Positions 18,676-28,876 are shown, numbered from the stretch's first letter. The stretch is 64,000 bases of DNA from Patescibacteria group bacterium UBA6017 (GCA_002429485.1 DIZX01000015.1:187073-251072), one strand, 5' to 3'. Numbers and translations are program-made. The notes: generated from the sequence alone by a model not told the origin.

Positions 18676-20028
18676 CTACTCCTTGGATTCAATTATTCGG
18701 GTCAACTCCGCCAACTTCTCCTGCAGGACTGCTTCCGTATCAGCCTCAACGTTCAGTCGAACTAACGGCTCAGTATTACTCATTCGTACGTTAAACCACC
18801 AACCAGGGTAGTCCACCGTCAGCCCGTCGAGTTCATCCTGGGTGCCGTCCGAGTAAGCAACCTTGAGCTGCAAGACCTTGGCCTTGGCGTCCTCAACCTT
18901 GAAGTTCTGCTCCTCTGCAGTTGCGTATTTTTGGTACGGAATCACTAACTCGCTCAGCTTCTTGCCCGACTCTGCCAGCACGCTCACGATCGCCATCACA
19001 GCAATCAAACCCGAGTCGCTGAAGTAATTATCTTTAAAGTAATAGTGACCGGATAATTCAATCGCCAGCACCGCATCAAGTTCTCGCATCATACCCTTGA
19101 TCGCATCGCCGCCGACCTTGCTTCGTACCGCCTTACCGCCCGCGGCCTCGATCGTATCCTTCACGATGTGGCTCGTACGCACGTCGTACAAAATCGTTGC
19201 GCCCGGTTGAAGCTTCAAAAAATGCTCAGCTAAAATAGCTCCCATTATTGGCTCAGGCACGGGTACGCCCAGCTCGTCGATAATCCCGCCGCGGTCCCCA
19301 TCGCCATCAAACGCCAGCCCAAAATCGAGCTTTTTTTCGTCAATCAGCTTGCATATATCTACCAGTGTTTCAGTCAGGTGCGGATTCGCCACGTGGTTCG
19401 GAAATGTTCCGTCTAGCTCAAAGTACAGCCGGTCCACGCTAAACGGCAGCTTCTCTTCGAGCGCCGGGAATATAGCGCCCGCCATCCCGTTACCCGCATC
19501 CACTGCTATCCGTGAGGCCTCGAGCGCCGGCAAATTCACGAAAGTGAGAGTTTGCTCCACCCACTCGTTTACGATCGACCGTTGCTCTACCTTACCTATG
19601 CGATCGCTAGCCTTATAAGTGTCACTTACCACCGCCTGCTTAATATCCAGCAAACCGTTCGTCGCCCCCATCGGCACCGCGCCGCGGCCGCACAACTTAA
19701 TACCGTTATACTTACCCGGATTATGGCTGGCCGTTACCATCACCCCGCCAGCCAGCTCCTCGAATCTTCCGGCCGAAAAATACACCATATCTGTTGTAAC
19801 CAGACCAATATCCCAAACATCACGCCCTTGGCGAGTAAGCCCCAGAATTACTGCTTCTGCCAACTCAGCACTGTCGGTCCGCATGTCGCGCCCCACTACC
19901 ACGGGCCCATCTGTCGGCAAATAGTCTGCGACTGCCCGAGCGACTGCAAGCGCCACATCAGCGGTCAATTCTGTCCCGGAAATACCCCGGATATCGTACG
20001 CTTTGAAGATAGATTCTGTAATTTTCAT
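18676..20028 (-). CDS. phosphomannomutase/phosphoglucomutase (ManB/AlgC-type)
   Basis: FKAYDIRG...VTASHNPGKYNGIK. The ORF track begins at 20064, but the family N-terminus suggests ATG 20028 (MKITESIFKAYDIRG). Confidence 0.8.
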   Translation of the reverse strand: MKITESIFKAYDIRGISGTELTADVALAVARAVADYLPTDGPVVVGRDMRTDSAELAEAVILGLTRQGRDVWDIGLVTTDMVYFSAGRFEELAGGVMVTASHNPGKYNGIKLCGRGAVPMGATNGLLDIKQAVVSDTYKASDRIGKVEQRSIVNEWVEQTLTFVNLPALEASRIAVDAGNGMAGAIFPALEEKLPFSVDRLYFELDGTFPNHVANPHLTETLVDICKLIDEKKLDFGLAFDGDGDRGGIIDELGVPVPEPIMGAILAEHFLKLQPGATILYDVRTSHIVKDTIEAAGGKAVRSKVGGDAIKGMMRELDAVLAIELSGHYYFKDNYFSDSGLIAVMAIVSVLAESGKKLSELVIPYQKYATAEEQNFKVEDAKAKVLQLKVAYSDGTQDELDGLTVDYPGWWFNVRMSNTEPLVRLNVEADTEAVLQEKLAELTRIIESKE

Positions 20029-20094
20029 GCAAACATTGTAGCCCACCGACACCTGGGTAGCCAAACCGCCGAAGTTCTGCTAACTTTTTATACT

Positions 20095-20664
20095 ATGAGC
20101 AAGACAACCATCGCTATCTCCGGCATTGCCGGTTCATTCTCCGAAGAAGCCGCCCGCAAGTTTTTTCATGATGCAGCCATCGACGGCGAGATCATCTACG
20201 CCGTTACCGCCAAAGACACCTTCGAAGCCGTCGCCTCTGGTCGCACCAATTACGGCCTCATTCCGCTCGAAAACTCCAATGGCGGCATCGTACTCGAAAC
20301 CGTCCATGCTGCTGGCGACTACCTATATCACATCGAGAAAATTTTCGAAATCGACGTACACCAAAACCTTATCGTTATGCCGGGCACCAAGCGCGGCGAC
20401 ATCAAGAAGATCGTCTCGCATCAGCAAGCTCTGGCCCAATGTAAATTCTATCTGCGCCGCGAGTGGCCCAGCATCGACCACCTGGAGTACGCCGACACGG
20501 CCCTAGCCGCCAAAGACCTCGCCGAGGGCAAACTCGACCCCGACACCGCCGTCATCGCCTCGGTCGCAGCCGCCCAGATCTACCACCTCACCCTGCTCGA
20601 GCCATCAATTCAAGATCTCAAATTCAACTACACCTCGTTCATGGCCATCACCAAACATGTATAA
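20095..20664 (+). CDS. pheA: prephenate dehydratase, catalytic domain only (no ACT domain)
   Basis: IAISGIAGSFSEEAA...LIPLENSNGG...NYTSFMAI. The tracked ORF (19552..) has about 180 aa of antisense read-through before the real ATG at 20095. Confidence 0.75.
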   Translation: MSKTTIAISGIAGSFSEEAARKFFHDAAIDGEIIYAVTAKDTFEAVASGRTNYGLIPLENSNGGIVLETVHAAGDYLYHIEKIFEIDVHQNLIVMPGTKRGDIKKIVSHQQALAQCKFYLRREWPSIDHLEYADTALAAKDLAEGKLDPDTAVIASVAAAQIYHLTLLEPSIQDLKFNYTSFMAITKHV

Positions 20665-21457
20665 CCACAATCTGTTGATGTGCCGACCCGATTTTTTTCG
20701 GATCGCCTACCAGATCAACCCGTACATGGACATCTCGTTTCAACCGGACCCCGCCAAACTGGTTCCCGAATATGCCGCAATTACGTCCTCGCACGAGGCC
20801 GCTGGCCGCACCCTAAGCTTCATCGAGCCCGATCCTGCCTGGCCCGACATGGTTTATACCGCCAACGTCGCACTAGTACGCGGCAAACGAGCCGTGATGG
20901 CCAACCTGCCCAAAGAACGCGCCGGCGAGGTTAAGTTGGCCGGTGCTTGGCTGCGGGCTCATGGCTACGAGACCTTTGACTGCCCCGTAATGTTCAGCGG
21001 CCAAGGTGACGCCCTGCCGACCGGTACGGGAGCGGTGATCAAGGGCCGCGGCTGGCGCAGCCACCCCGACTCGGACCAATTCGTGGCCGACACGCTTGGC
21101 TATGAGGTTATTCCGGTCCAAAGCGTGAGCGCTGAATGGTACGACATCGATCTGTCGATTGGTATCATCAAGCCCGGCGTGATCGCAGTTTGCTTAGAAA
21201 CACTGGATCAAGCCAGCCAGGAACGCTTGTCCTCACGCTCCGATCTACGGATAATTCCCGTTAGCCTAAAAGAGGCCAGAAAAGCCGCCCTGAACCTGAT
21301 TTCAAACGGCACCACGGTAATGATCACGACGGGCGTACCAGATATGGCCGCAGCCTTGCGAGCCGAGGGCCTGATTGTAGTTGAGCTCTCAATTGAACAG
21401 TTATGGAAGGGTGGCGGCAGTATCCGCTGCAGCGCTCTGGCTCTCGACGCGAACTAA
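20657..21457 (+). CDS. amidinotransferase/DDAH-superfamily (guanidino-group modifying) enzyme
   Basis: 266 aa ending in the GGGSIRCSALAL catalytic Cys motif; fold-level call only. Confidence 0.6.
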   Translation: MYNHNLLMCRPDFFRIAYQINPYMDISFQPDPAKLVPEYAAITSSHEAAGRTLSFIEPDPAWPDMVYTANVALVRGKRAVMANLPKERAGEVKLAGAWLRAHGYETFDCPVMFSGQGDALPTGTGAVIKGRGWRSHPDSDQFVADTLGYEVIPVQSVSAEWYDIDLSIGIIKPGVIAVCLETLDQASQERLSSRSDLRIIPVSLKEARKAALNLISNGTTVMITTGVPDMAAALRAEGLIVVELSIEQLWKGGGSIRCSALALDAN

Positions 21458-22189
21458 ATCCGCCTCAATCTTGTCCAGATTCTGCGTAAATAGCTCCCGC
21501 ACCTGCGCCGCATACGGATTAAAATGCTGAATTGTCTCAAATAATTCCGGCGAATCACCCTGGACGATCCGCTTCACATCCAGCAGATGCTGATACGTCT
21601 TCGTTTTCAACGGAGTATCGGGAATATCAATTTCACCCAGCGCCTTACCCAGAAAAAAAGTTAATGCCTGCACGTATGCCATCTCCTGATCGTGCTCCTT
21701 CGGCGATATCACGCTCACTTCCAGTTCCAGCGTACCGGTCAAGAACTTCTGAATCCGATCCATCCGCGCGTCCCCTACCCGTACCGGCCACACCACCATC
21801 GGCAGCCCTTTGATCCCGCCGGACCCGCTTTGCGGGCCAAATAACGGATGCGTTGCCAAGATTTCGCACTCAGCAGGCAAAATCCGCTCCATCAGCTCCA
21901 CCGGAACCGTCTTCACACTCGATACGTCCACCACCAACGCTCCGGAGCGCAAATGCGGCACCATCCGTTCCAGCACCACCTCCAGGTTCTGTACCGGCAC
22001 ACTCGGCACCACGACCGGCTGAGACGCCGCTTCAGAAAAAGCTACCAACCTCGCGCCAGCCGCCTCCACCTCGTGCGGATTTGCCGTCCGACTGCTCACC
22101 ACCACTTCCGTGTACGGCGACAATTGCTCCGCCATAAACCGACCAAACACCCCAAATCCAATAATCCCGACTGGCCCAATACTAGCCAT
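21401..22189 (-). CDS. tyrA: prephenate (or arogenate) dehydrogenase
   Basis: Rossmann IGIIGFGVFG, THPLFGP, HDQEMAYVQALTFF. Confidence 0.8.
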   Translation of the reverse strand: MASIGPVGIIGFGVFGRFMAEQLSPYTEVVVSSRTANPHEVEAAGARLVAFSEAASQPVVVPSVPVQNLEVVLERMVPHLRSGALVVDVSSVKTVPVELMERILPAECEILATHPLFGPQSGSGGIKGLPMVVWPVRVGDARMDRIQKFLTGTLELEVSVISPKEHDQEMAYVQALTFFLGKALGEIDIPDTPLKTKTYQHLLDVKRIVQGDSPELFETIQHFNPYAAQVRELFTQNLDKIEADLVRVESQSAAADTAATLP

Positions 22190-23519
22190 GAGTTACCTGC
22201 CCGGCCGCCATCTTCATCCGTTCCCGTATCGCGGCCCGCGCACTGCCGTTCTCGTCCCACTCGTGCTCGCCATCAGCCCGCTCAATCGTCTTCTCGTGTC
22301 CTTTTCCCAGCAGCAGCACCGTGTCCCCAGCGTTGGCTTTGCCAATCGCGAACCGAATCGCCTCGGTGCGGTCATGCACCAAAAACAAATTATTATCCAC
22401 CTGCTTACCCGCACCAATCGCCCCACCCGCAATCTGCTGCATAATCATCTCACCATCGATATCCCGATCGTCTTCTTCCGTCACCACCACAATATCGGCC
22501 CACTTGCCGGCACTCGCACCCTGCTTGCCTCGCTTAGCCTCATCCCGCCGTCCGGCCGACCCAAACATCACAATCAACCTACCCTTGGCCATCGCGCGCA
22601 TTCCGCTCAATATTTTCTCAAAGCTGTCCGGCGTATGCGCAAAATCCACGATCACAGCAAAATCCTGACCCTCGTCGATCGCGTTCATCCGACCCTCAAC
22701 CGACTTCAACGCTCCCAGTCCCACCGCAATCTGATCACTATTCAAATCCAGCGCTCGCCCCACGCCCACGGCCGCCAGTGCATTAGATACATTAAAAATT
22801 CCCGGCAAATGAATCTGCACCGGATACTTCTCACCGCCCTCCACGTTCACCTCGAAATTACTGCCCGATCCAGCCCCTATTACCGTACTGGCCGTAATAT
22901 CGCCGTGTTCAAGGCTGTAAGTCAGAAAATTAGGCCCCATCACCTGCGCAAAAAACTCCGCACTCGGATCATCCGCATTAATAATCCCCCGAATCTGCAC
23001 CGTCCCAGCCGTATTCGCTACCGCGTGCTCAAACAGTAGACGCTTAGCTGCCCGATAATTCTCGAATGTACCGTGATAGTCCAGATGCTCATGCGTCACG
23101 TTCGTCATCACCGCCAGGCTATAGGGAATCCCCCACACTCGGTTCTGCGCCAGCGCGTGGCTTGTCGTCTCGAGCACCAGCCATTCAATCCCCTCAGCCC
23201 GCAGCTCCTTGATCCGCGCCAGCATCGCCCGCGTCGGCATCGTCGTCATATGCACGTGATTGTCGCGCCAGTGCTCCGGTGTCCCGTAGCCAATCGTGGT
23301 CATCAACCCAGTCTTAATACCGGCGTGATTCAACATGGTATAAATCATCGTCGAAGTCGTCGTCTTGCCATCAGTCCCGGTTACGCCGATCACCTTCATC
23401 CCCTTGGCCGGAAAGCCCATCACTACCTGCCACAATACCGACTCAGCCAAGTGCCCGTACGGCTCAATAGCCTTAAATAAACTCTTAGGGATCAACGATT
23501 TTACTAACTTACGAAACAT
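22182..23519 (-). CDS. Mur ligase family protein (MurE-like UDP-MurNAc-peptide ligase)
   Basis: P-loop GVTGTDGKTTTSTMI, TTSHAL...AVMTNVTHEHLDYHGTFENYRAAKRLLF. It is shorter than canonical MurE (445 aa), and the P-loop sits near the N-terminus. Confidence 0.7.
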   Translation of the reverse strand: MFRKLVKSLIPKSLFKAIEPYGHLAESVLWQVVMGFPAKGMKVIGVTGTDGKTTTSTMIYTMLNHAGIKTGLMTTIGYGTPEHWRDNHVHMTTMPTRAMLARIKELRAEGIEWLVLETTSHALAQNRVWGIPYSLAVMTNVTHEHLDYHGTFENYRAAKRLLFEHAVANTAGTVQIRGIINADDPSAEFFAQVMGPNFLTYSLEHGDITASTVIGAGSGSNFEVNVEGGEKYPVQIHLPGIFNVSNALAAVGVGRALDLNSDQIAVGLGALKSVEGRMNAIDEGQDFAVIVDFAHTPDSFEKILSGMRAMAKGRLIVMFGSAGRRDEAKRGKQGASAGKWADIVVVTEEDDRDIDGEMIMQQIAGGAIGAGKQVDNNLFLVHDRTEAIRFAIGKANAGDTVLLLGKGHEKTIERADGEHEWDENGSARAAIRERMKMAAGQVTHG

Positions 23520-23556
23520 AATTGCACCAACTTAATGCTTACGAGTATGCCACAAA

Positions 23557-24597
23557 CTAATACAAAAACTTTTCCGGCCTTCGGTTTGCCAGCCTCGCCG
23601 CCACACGTTCACCGGCCTTACGCCACAATTTGTACTTCAGTTCATTTAGCGGCAAATCCCATGCCCCCGCAAACTCAGTAATCTCAGGGTTAAACTTGCT
23701 CTTAAACGAGTACAATCCGTCCCGCGAATCGCCCGTGCCCACATCGGCACGGTTCGGCGTGCCCACCAAATCATATTTCGTAACACCATGCGCCATCAGC
23801 CAGCGCATCACCTCCCATTGAATCAGATATGAAGCGTTCAATTCGCGCTTCTTATCGAACGACCCGCCATCCTTGTACCAAGCTCGTTTTCCAATATACG
23901 TCGCAAACAGCCCCGCCAATACCTCACCCTCATGCCTCGCCAAAAATAATTGCGCCTGCCCAGCCACTATCTGCGACCGCCAATAGTCCAAAAAGTACGC
24001 CCGCGGCCGCAGCCCGTAATGCGCTCGCGCCTCGGTGGCCTTCATCAGTTCAAACATCACCTCGAGATTCTCGTCCGTAGACTCAGCCGCCTCCACGCTC
24101 ACCCCGCCAGCCTCGCTTTTGCGAATATTGCGCCGGGCGCTTTGATTAAACGACGCCAGCACCGTCTCCTCGCCGCCGCTCAAATCCACGAAAATCGTCG
24201 ATTTCGAACCGGGATCACGGTTCGCGCGCACCAACCCCAGTCCTATCAACTTGGCCCTATCAACCTCGTCCTCTAGGACTTCAGCCTCAAATCGTGCAAA
24301 AATCCCGGTCAAGTTGGCCGCTTTGGTCTGCCGTACAATCTCTTCCAGATCCTTCGGCGAACTCACCCCCGGCCCCTTCGGGCAATACCACATCTCTCCC
24401 TGGCCGCTTGCCTTGCGTACAAGCCACTGCACAGCCACCAACCCCGAAGCCGTCTGATACACGTATCGCACCGGCTGCCAGCCCCAACGGGCCTTAAAAT
24501 CGCCCCAGGCCAATGTCTGCAATGCGTTCCCGCCATCCGGATTAGCCACAATCAGCTCATCCCAACGGGTCAATTCTTCTTCAGTAGCCAGTCTCAT
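23557..24597 (-). CDS. FemAB-family aminoacyltransferase (peptidoglycan interpeptide-bridge formation)
   Basis: 346 aa; WDELIVANPDGGNALQTLAWGDFKA...; Fem/FemX-like length and motifs. Confidence 0.75.
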   Translation of the reverse strand: MRLATEEELTRWDELIVANPDGGNALQTLAWGDFKARWGWQPVRYVYQTASGLVAVQWLVRKASGQGEMWYCPKGPGVSSPKDLEEIVRQTKAANLTGIFARFEAEVLEDEVDRAKLIGLGLVRANRDPGSKSTIFVDLSGGEETVLASFNQSARRNIRKSEAGGVSVEAAESTDENLEVMFELMKATEARAHYGLRPRAYFLDYWRSQIVAGQAQLFLARHEGEVLAGLFATYIGKRAWYKDGGSFDKKRELNASYLIQWEVMRWLMAHGVTKYDLVGTPNRADVGTGDSRDGLYSFKSKFNPEITEFAGAWDLPLNELKYKLWRKAGERVAARLANRRPEKFLY

Positions 24598-24725
24598 GCC
24601 TGTAATTGTATGCCGAAAGACTTTTTTGAGCTAACGCTTATCATTGACGACTCGGCAATACTCACCCAGAATTATACAAATCCAGCCCCCGTGCTGGCGC
24701 TCCCCATGCCCAGAATTGAGAAATC

Positions 24726-25013
24726 ATGCCAAAGATTGAGATCGTCTACGCACGAATCGATATCGCCCGCGGCACCATCCTCCGGCTGCTCGATAACACG
24801 GTCCCGCCCGGCTGGTTCGCCGAATCTACCTTTGCCGCGCCATGGAATAGGCTCCCTCTGAACACCGAGCTTCGAGTCGGCACAGTACGCACAGGCAGAG
24901 AGGGTTTTGAGGACGATGCTGTTCTCGGCACCACCAAAGATCCTCTGGAAAACTTCGTACTGCCGTTGGAGTTCATCACCGCCGGACGCTTCCGACTCGT
25001 GTCAAACAGCTGA
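24726..25013 (+). CDS. hypothetical protein (95 aa)
   Basis: Clean ORF followed by a terminator hairpin at 25049-25090. Confidence 0.3.
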   Translation: MPKIEIVYARIDIARGTILRLLDNTVPPGWFAESTFAAPWNRLPLNTELRVGTVRTGREGFEDDAVLGTTKDPLENFVLPLEFITAGRFRLVSNS

Positions 25014-25048
25014 CCCAGTGGCCCTTCGACCCATCCGCCTCCGCGACA

Positions 25049-25090
25049 CCCCGCACCTACTTGTGCGGGGTCCCTCCGGGGGTTTAAGTT
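25049..25090 (+). terminator. intrinsic terminator (CCCCGCAC-ctactt-GTGCGGGG, then a second short GC stem and TTTAAGTTT)
   Basis: Perfect 8-bp GC stem followed by a T-rich tract. Confidence 0.5.
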
Positions 25091-25308
25091 TGCTCAACTC
25101 CGCAAGCGCAAAACCAACTTTTGAGTACGCACATTCGAGAACCTTTCTAGAGTTTAGAAACAACCATTACATTTGAGCGTGAATCATTAACAAAATTCTA
25201 AACCTTAGAACACTACTCAAAAAGTTACATCAACTTTTCGCAAACGGGGAACATCCCCTTAAAAGTAAAAAATTTAACCACCCCACAAAATTACGCTAAA
25301 CTAATCCC

Positions 25309-26106
25309 ATGAAGATCTACTCCTGGAACGTCAACGGCATCCGCGCAGTCATTCGCAAGGACGCCCTCAAACCATTCGTCCAATCCGAGCAACCCGACAT
25401 CCTTTGCCTCCAAGAAACTAAAGCCCAACCCGAAGAAATCGACCCAGGCCTGCCCGAATACCACGCCTACGTCAACTCGGCCGAGAAAAAGGGCTATTCC
25501 GGCACGGCTATTCTGTCCAAAACCGAGCCCATCACCACCAGCCACGGCCTGCCCGAAGACATTAAGCTGGGGTACGACATGACCGACAACGCCTACGGCG
25601 ACCCCAACACCGAGGGCCGCGTGCTCACAGCCGAATACGAGCAATTCTATCTCGTCACCGTCTACACCCCCAACGCCAAAGAAGACCTCAGCCGCATCCC
25701 CTTGCGCCGCGACCACTGGGACCCGGCCTTCCTCGAGTACTGCCAACTCCTCGAACTCACCAAGCCCGTCATTTTCTGCGGCGATCTCAACGTTGCCCAC
25801 ACCGAGCTTGATCTCGCCAATCCCAAGCCCAACCAAGGCAAAAAAGGCTTTACCCTCGAAGAGCGCGCCGGCTTCCAGCATTTCCTCGATGCCGGTTTCG
25901 TCGATACTTTCCGCATATTCACTCAGGGCAACGGCTTCTACACCTGGTGGAGCAACTTCGGCGGCGCCAGATCCCGCAACGTCGGTTGGCGCATCGACTA
26001 CTTCCTAGTCTCAGCCTCACTCAAGGATAAAATCACCGCCGCCGAGATCCACCCCGCCGTCATGGGCTCCGACCACTGCCCGGTAAGCATTACTCTCGAC
26101 ATATAA
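25309..26106 (+). CDS. xth: exodeoxyribonuclease III (AP endonuclease)
   Basis: MKIYSWNVNGIRA...ILCLQETK... and a C-terminal SDHCPV motif. Confidence 0.9.
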   Translation: MKIYSWNVNGIRAVIRKDALKPFVQSEQPDILCLQETKAQPEEIDPGLPEYHAYVNSAEKKGYSGTAILSKTEPITTSHGLPEDIKLGYDMTDNAYGDPNTEGRVLTAEYEQFYLVTVYTPNAKEDLSRIPLRRDHWDPAFLEYCQLLELTKPVIFCGDLNVAHTELDLANPKPNQGKKGFTLEERAGFQHFLDAGFVDTFRIFTQGNGFYTWWSNFGGARSRNVGWRIDYFLVSASLKDKITAAEIHPAVMGSDHCPVSITLDI

Positions 26107-26252
26107 ACCTCCACTTGAATCATTTCGCCGCAATATGGAATGTTGCAAAATATAGCATTACATGTTAGTCTATTTTTTATATTTGTCCCAAAACCCCATC
26201 AAGACAAGCACCTCAAAACCAGTCCACCCAACCAGTAGAAAGTGAGGCCGGC

Positions 26253-27017
26253 ATGACATTGCAAGAGCTACTTAAAGTCGCTTACGAGTCTGCCCAACAC
26301 AAGCTTCAAGCAGCCAGTGATGATAAAGACCGCGCAGTCATCGGGAAAAGCATGGAATTCAACATGCTGATTTCAACCAACCGCGCCAAGCTCGATCTTC
26401 TGGACGAGATCGAGCGCTGGCTGCGCGAACAACGGCTGATCGGCCGGAAGCCCCTCTGGTCCCGCGGTTCCTACGAACCTCACACCATGCTCTTTGAGCT
26501 GAGAAAGCCAAAAACCTACTCAAAGAGCCGGCTAACGAAAGACAGCCCTTGGGCGAAAGACCCTGATGTCAGTCTGGGCTTCAACGCAATCGGCACTTGG
26601 ATTCTTGAGCAATGTGATGCCGAACATCGGCATTGCTATAGTGGACTACTGTCCACCCTGGAAAGCCAGGAACTGCTCGCCGAGATACCGATCGAGATCA
26701 TTGTCACGGGTTTGGCCACCTACGCCGCCGAGCACAACCTCGGCGAACCGAACATCGACTTCGATCACATCACAGGAGGAAGTATGCCCGATTCCGGAAA
26801 CGAGAGTAGCTCGCCGATGGCACCCGCCGTCGAACGTGCCCCTGTCATCCCGGTTGTTGCCGTCGGCGCCGACCCCCAAGACTCGACCCGTGTTTCGGCA
26901 ACCTTCGAGATCATGGTATCAATCACCGCCAAAGATTCGGCAACCATCGATGGCCATCTTGCCGAGCTCAAGGCTATCGCCAAAGGCCTCGGATGGACTA
27001 TCCGGCCAACCAACTGA
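26253..27017 (+). CDS. hypothetical protein (254 aa)
   Basis: Clean ORF; AT-rich promoter-like region upstream (26110-26250); no recognisable domain. Confidence 0.5.
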   Translation: MTLQELLKVAYESAQHKLQAASDDKDRAVIGKSMEFNMLISTNRAKLDLLDEIERWLREQRLIGRKPLWSRGSYEPHTMLFELRKPKTYSKSRLTKDSPWAKDPDVSLGFNAIGTWILEQCDAEHRHCYSGLLSTLESQELLAEIPIEIIVTGLATYAAEHNLGEPNIDFDHITGGSMPDSGNESSSPMAPAVERAPVIPVVAVGADPQDSTRVSATFEIMVSITAKDSATIDGHLAELKAIAKGLGWTIRPTN

Positions 27018-27188
27018 CACCCGCCATCCCGGCACCCCGGCCCGGCTCCGCAACACCAGCGCAGAGCCGGGCCATCGTCATATCAAGAGGTACTAACTTC
27101 AATCCTAAGCTCGAGTTCTTTATATTGACAAGTACAGTCTTATGTCGTATAAAGAAATACCAGTCGTACCTTAAACCTAGGAGTAATA

Positions 27189-27962
27189 ATGTCAGACAGT
27201 GGCAGCTCGGCCGTCGGAACTTTTGTTGTCATGGGCGTCGCCTACTTGTTCGCTGAAGCACTCGCAACCATGTTGGTGATATCATTCATCGGCGCAGTCG
27301 TAGCAATCGCAGTTCTCGGCGTAGTTATAGTGGTCGCGATCGGCTCCTTCATTGGCAGTCTCGGCATGGCCATCGAAGAGCGCAACATACCATGGGTTCT
27401 TGACCATTTCCTAGCGCCCTTGGCCGGCGCGCTCGTAGCAACCATATTCTTTGGTCCGATACTACACTGGAGTACTGATCTCCTCGCCTCCATCAACGAG
27501 ATGGAGCATTCGAGCTTGATCGGAATCTTTGTGGGCCTGGCTTTGGGTATACTTGGCCTTGTGATCATCTTTGGAGCGCCGTGCATTGCCGTTCTGGCTT
27601 TGTACTCAGACTATGCAGTAGTGCGGCTACTCTCCTATGCGGGATTCATCGTTACGGGTGCGTACTGGGGGGATGATGGCCATCATGCTTTTCAGGTACC
27701 ACGGCTTGCCACCGATCGGCCTAGTTGTACCAGAATGCAACTGCATTCCGACCCCAAGCTAAGGTTCGTTCTACAACCCCAGTCATCCAGACACCCGCGC
27801 GTACCGTCGGTACATGCTCCCCTAGGTAAGACTGACGTACGACCGACCAACCGACCCGCACCTCTTCCGAGGGGTGCGGGTCCTTACTTTTTAAGCTCCT
27901 ACCTACCCCGCAGTCCCCGGCCAACCCGCTTGGCCACCGGCCACAAACTTTCCCAGAGCTGA
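27189..27962 (+). CDS. integral membrane protein (4 predicted TM helices); the C-terminal 90 codons are doubtful
   Basis: Residues 1-165 are hydrophobic and protein-like. The tail is Arg/Pro-rich, contains an intrinsic terminator (27853-27892), and overlaps the FemAB gene on the other strand. Confidence 0.4.
   Translation: MSDSGSSAVGTFVVMGVAYLFAEALATMLVISFIGAVVAIAVLGVVIVVAIGSFIGSLGMAIEERNIPWVLDHFLAPLAGALVATIFFGPILHWSTDLLASINEMEHSSLIGIFVGLALGILGLVIIFGAPCIAVLALYSDYAVVRLLSYAGFIVTGAYWGDDGHHAFQVPRLATDRPSCTRMQLHSDPKLRFVLQPQSSRHPRVPSVHAPLGKTDVRPTNRPAPLPRGAGPYFLSSYLPRSPRPTRLATGHKLSQS
27853..27892 (+). terminator. intrinsic terminator GACCCGCACC-tcttccgagg-GGTGCGGGTC + CTTACTTTTT
   Basis: 10-bp perfect stem plus T-run; it lies inside the 3' end of the tracked ORF 27189..27962. 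Confidence 0.55.
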
Positions 27963-28876
27963 TATCCCAACCGGTTCAAGGGAAAATCATACGTCCCGAT
28001 GTAATCGGTTTCATCCGGCCCGAAGCCGTCCTTAAACCGACTCACGCCTTCATTCAACCTTCCGTTGAAGTCATAAATTTCGTAACCCGCGGCCTTCATG
28101 GCTCGCATGGCCTCCCATTTCAAGATGTAGTTCGCCTTCATCTCCGCCCCCACCGCATTGACGCCGCCGTACAGCTCATACGCCGTCCTGCCCGCCGCCG
28201 CCAGCCACAAGAATGCTACCGGTTTACCCTCAAAATACGCGTAATACAGATAATTGCTGTCACCCAGTTCACGCTCCAGTGTCTCGTAGTATTCCTGGCT
28301 GTGAATGCCAAATCCGGCCCTCTTCGCCGTGTCGACGTACAGCTCATACATTGCCGCCGTCTCGCCCTTGCCCGCCCGAACCACGCTCACTCCGTCGCGC
28401 TCTGCCTTGCGAATGTACTGACGATGCTTGCGGCTCATCGGCTCCTGAATTTCCTCTTCGGTCTCGGTCAGATCAATCGTGTACGTGGCCGCCAGCTGCA
28501 AGCGGTTCTTAGAATGCACCCAACCACCAGGGGCGTGGCTCGTCCAAGCTGGCTCAATCCGCACATACAACCCGTTGTTTGCCCGCGCCCAGCGCGTGAG
28601 AGCATCCAGCAACTGCGCCGCCAACTCGCTCCCCGGCTCCACCACCGGCCCGCGCGGCGCATACACAATCCAGTACGACAGCCGCGGCAGCCGCCACAGC
28701 AGCACCTGCACCCCGGCTGCAATCTGGTCGCCGTCCATTAAAGCTAATCGGGTCGGAATCCACTCATTCCGGCTCTTGGTGTCGCCCCAGCCCCACAATT
28801 GCAAAGGGTGCCCCCAGGGGCTCTCCGACACAAACTTGTCCCACGCGGCTTTATCGGTAATTTCGACAAGTTCCAT
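27899..28876 (-). CDS. FemAB-family aminoacyltransferase, second paralog
   Basis: MELVEITDKAAWDKFVSESPWGHPLQLWGWGD... The tracked ORF starts at 28951, but the family N-terminus suggests ATG 28876. Confidence 0.75.
   Translation of the reverse strand: MELVEITDKAAWDKFVSESPWGHPLQLWGWGDTKSRNEWIPTRLALMDGDQIAAGVQVLLWRLPRLSYWIVYAPRGPVVEPGSELAAQLLDALTRWARANNGLYVRIEPAWTSHAPGGWVHSKNRLQLAATYTIDLTETEEEIQEPMSRKHRQYIRKAERDGVSVVRAGKGETAAMYELYVDTAKRAGFGIHSQEYYETLERELGDSNYLYYAYFEGKPVAFLWLAAAGRTAYELYGGVNAVGAEMKANYILKWEAMRAMKAAGYEIYDFNGRLNEGVSRFKDGFGPDETDYIGTYDFPLNRLGYQLWESLWPVAKRVGRGLRGR

Noticed and set aside
19552-20094. N-terminal 180 codons of tracked ORF 19552..20664
   Set aside because: This segment is antisense to the phosphomannomutase gene. 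The prephenate dehydratase domain begins at ATG 20095.
21848-23039. Plus-strand ORFs 21848-22444 and 22110-23039
   Set aside because: They are antisense to the tyrA and MurE-like genes. They are Pro/Arg/His-rich with no domain.
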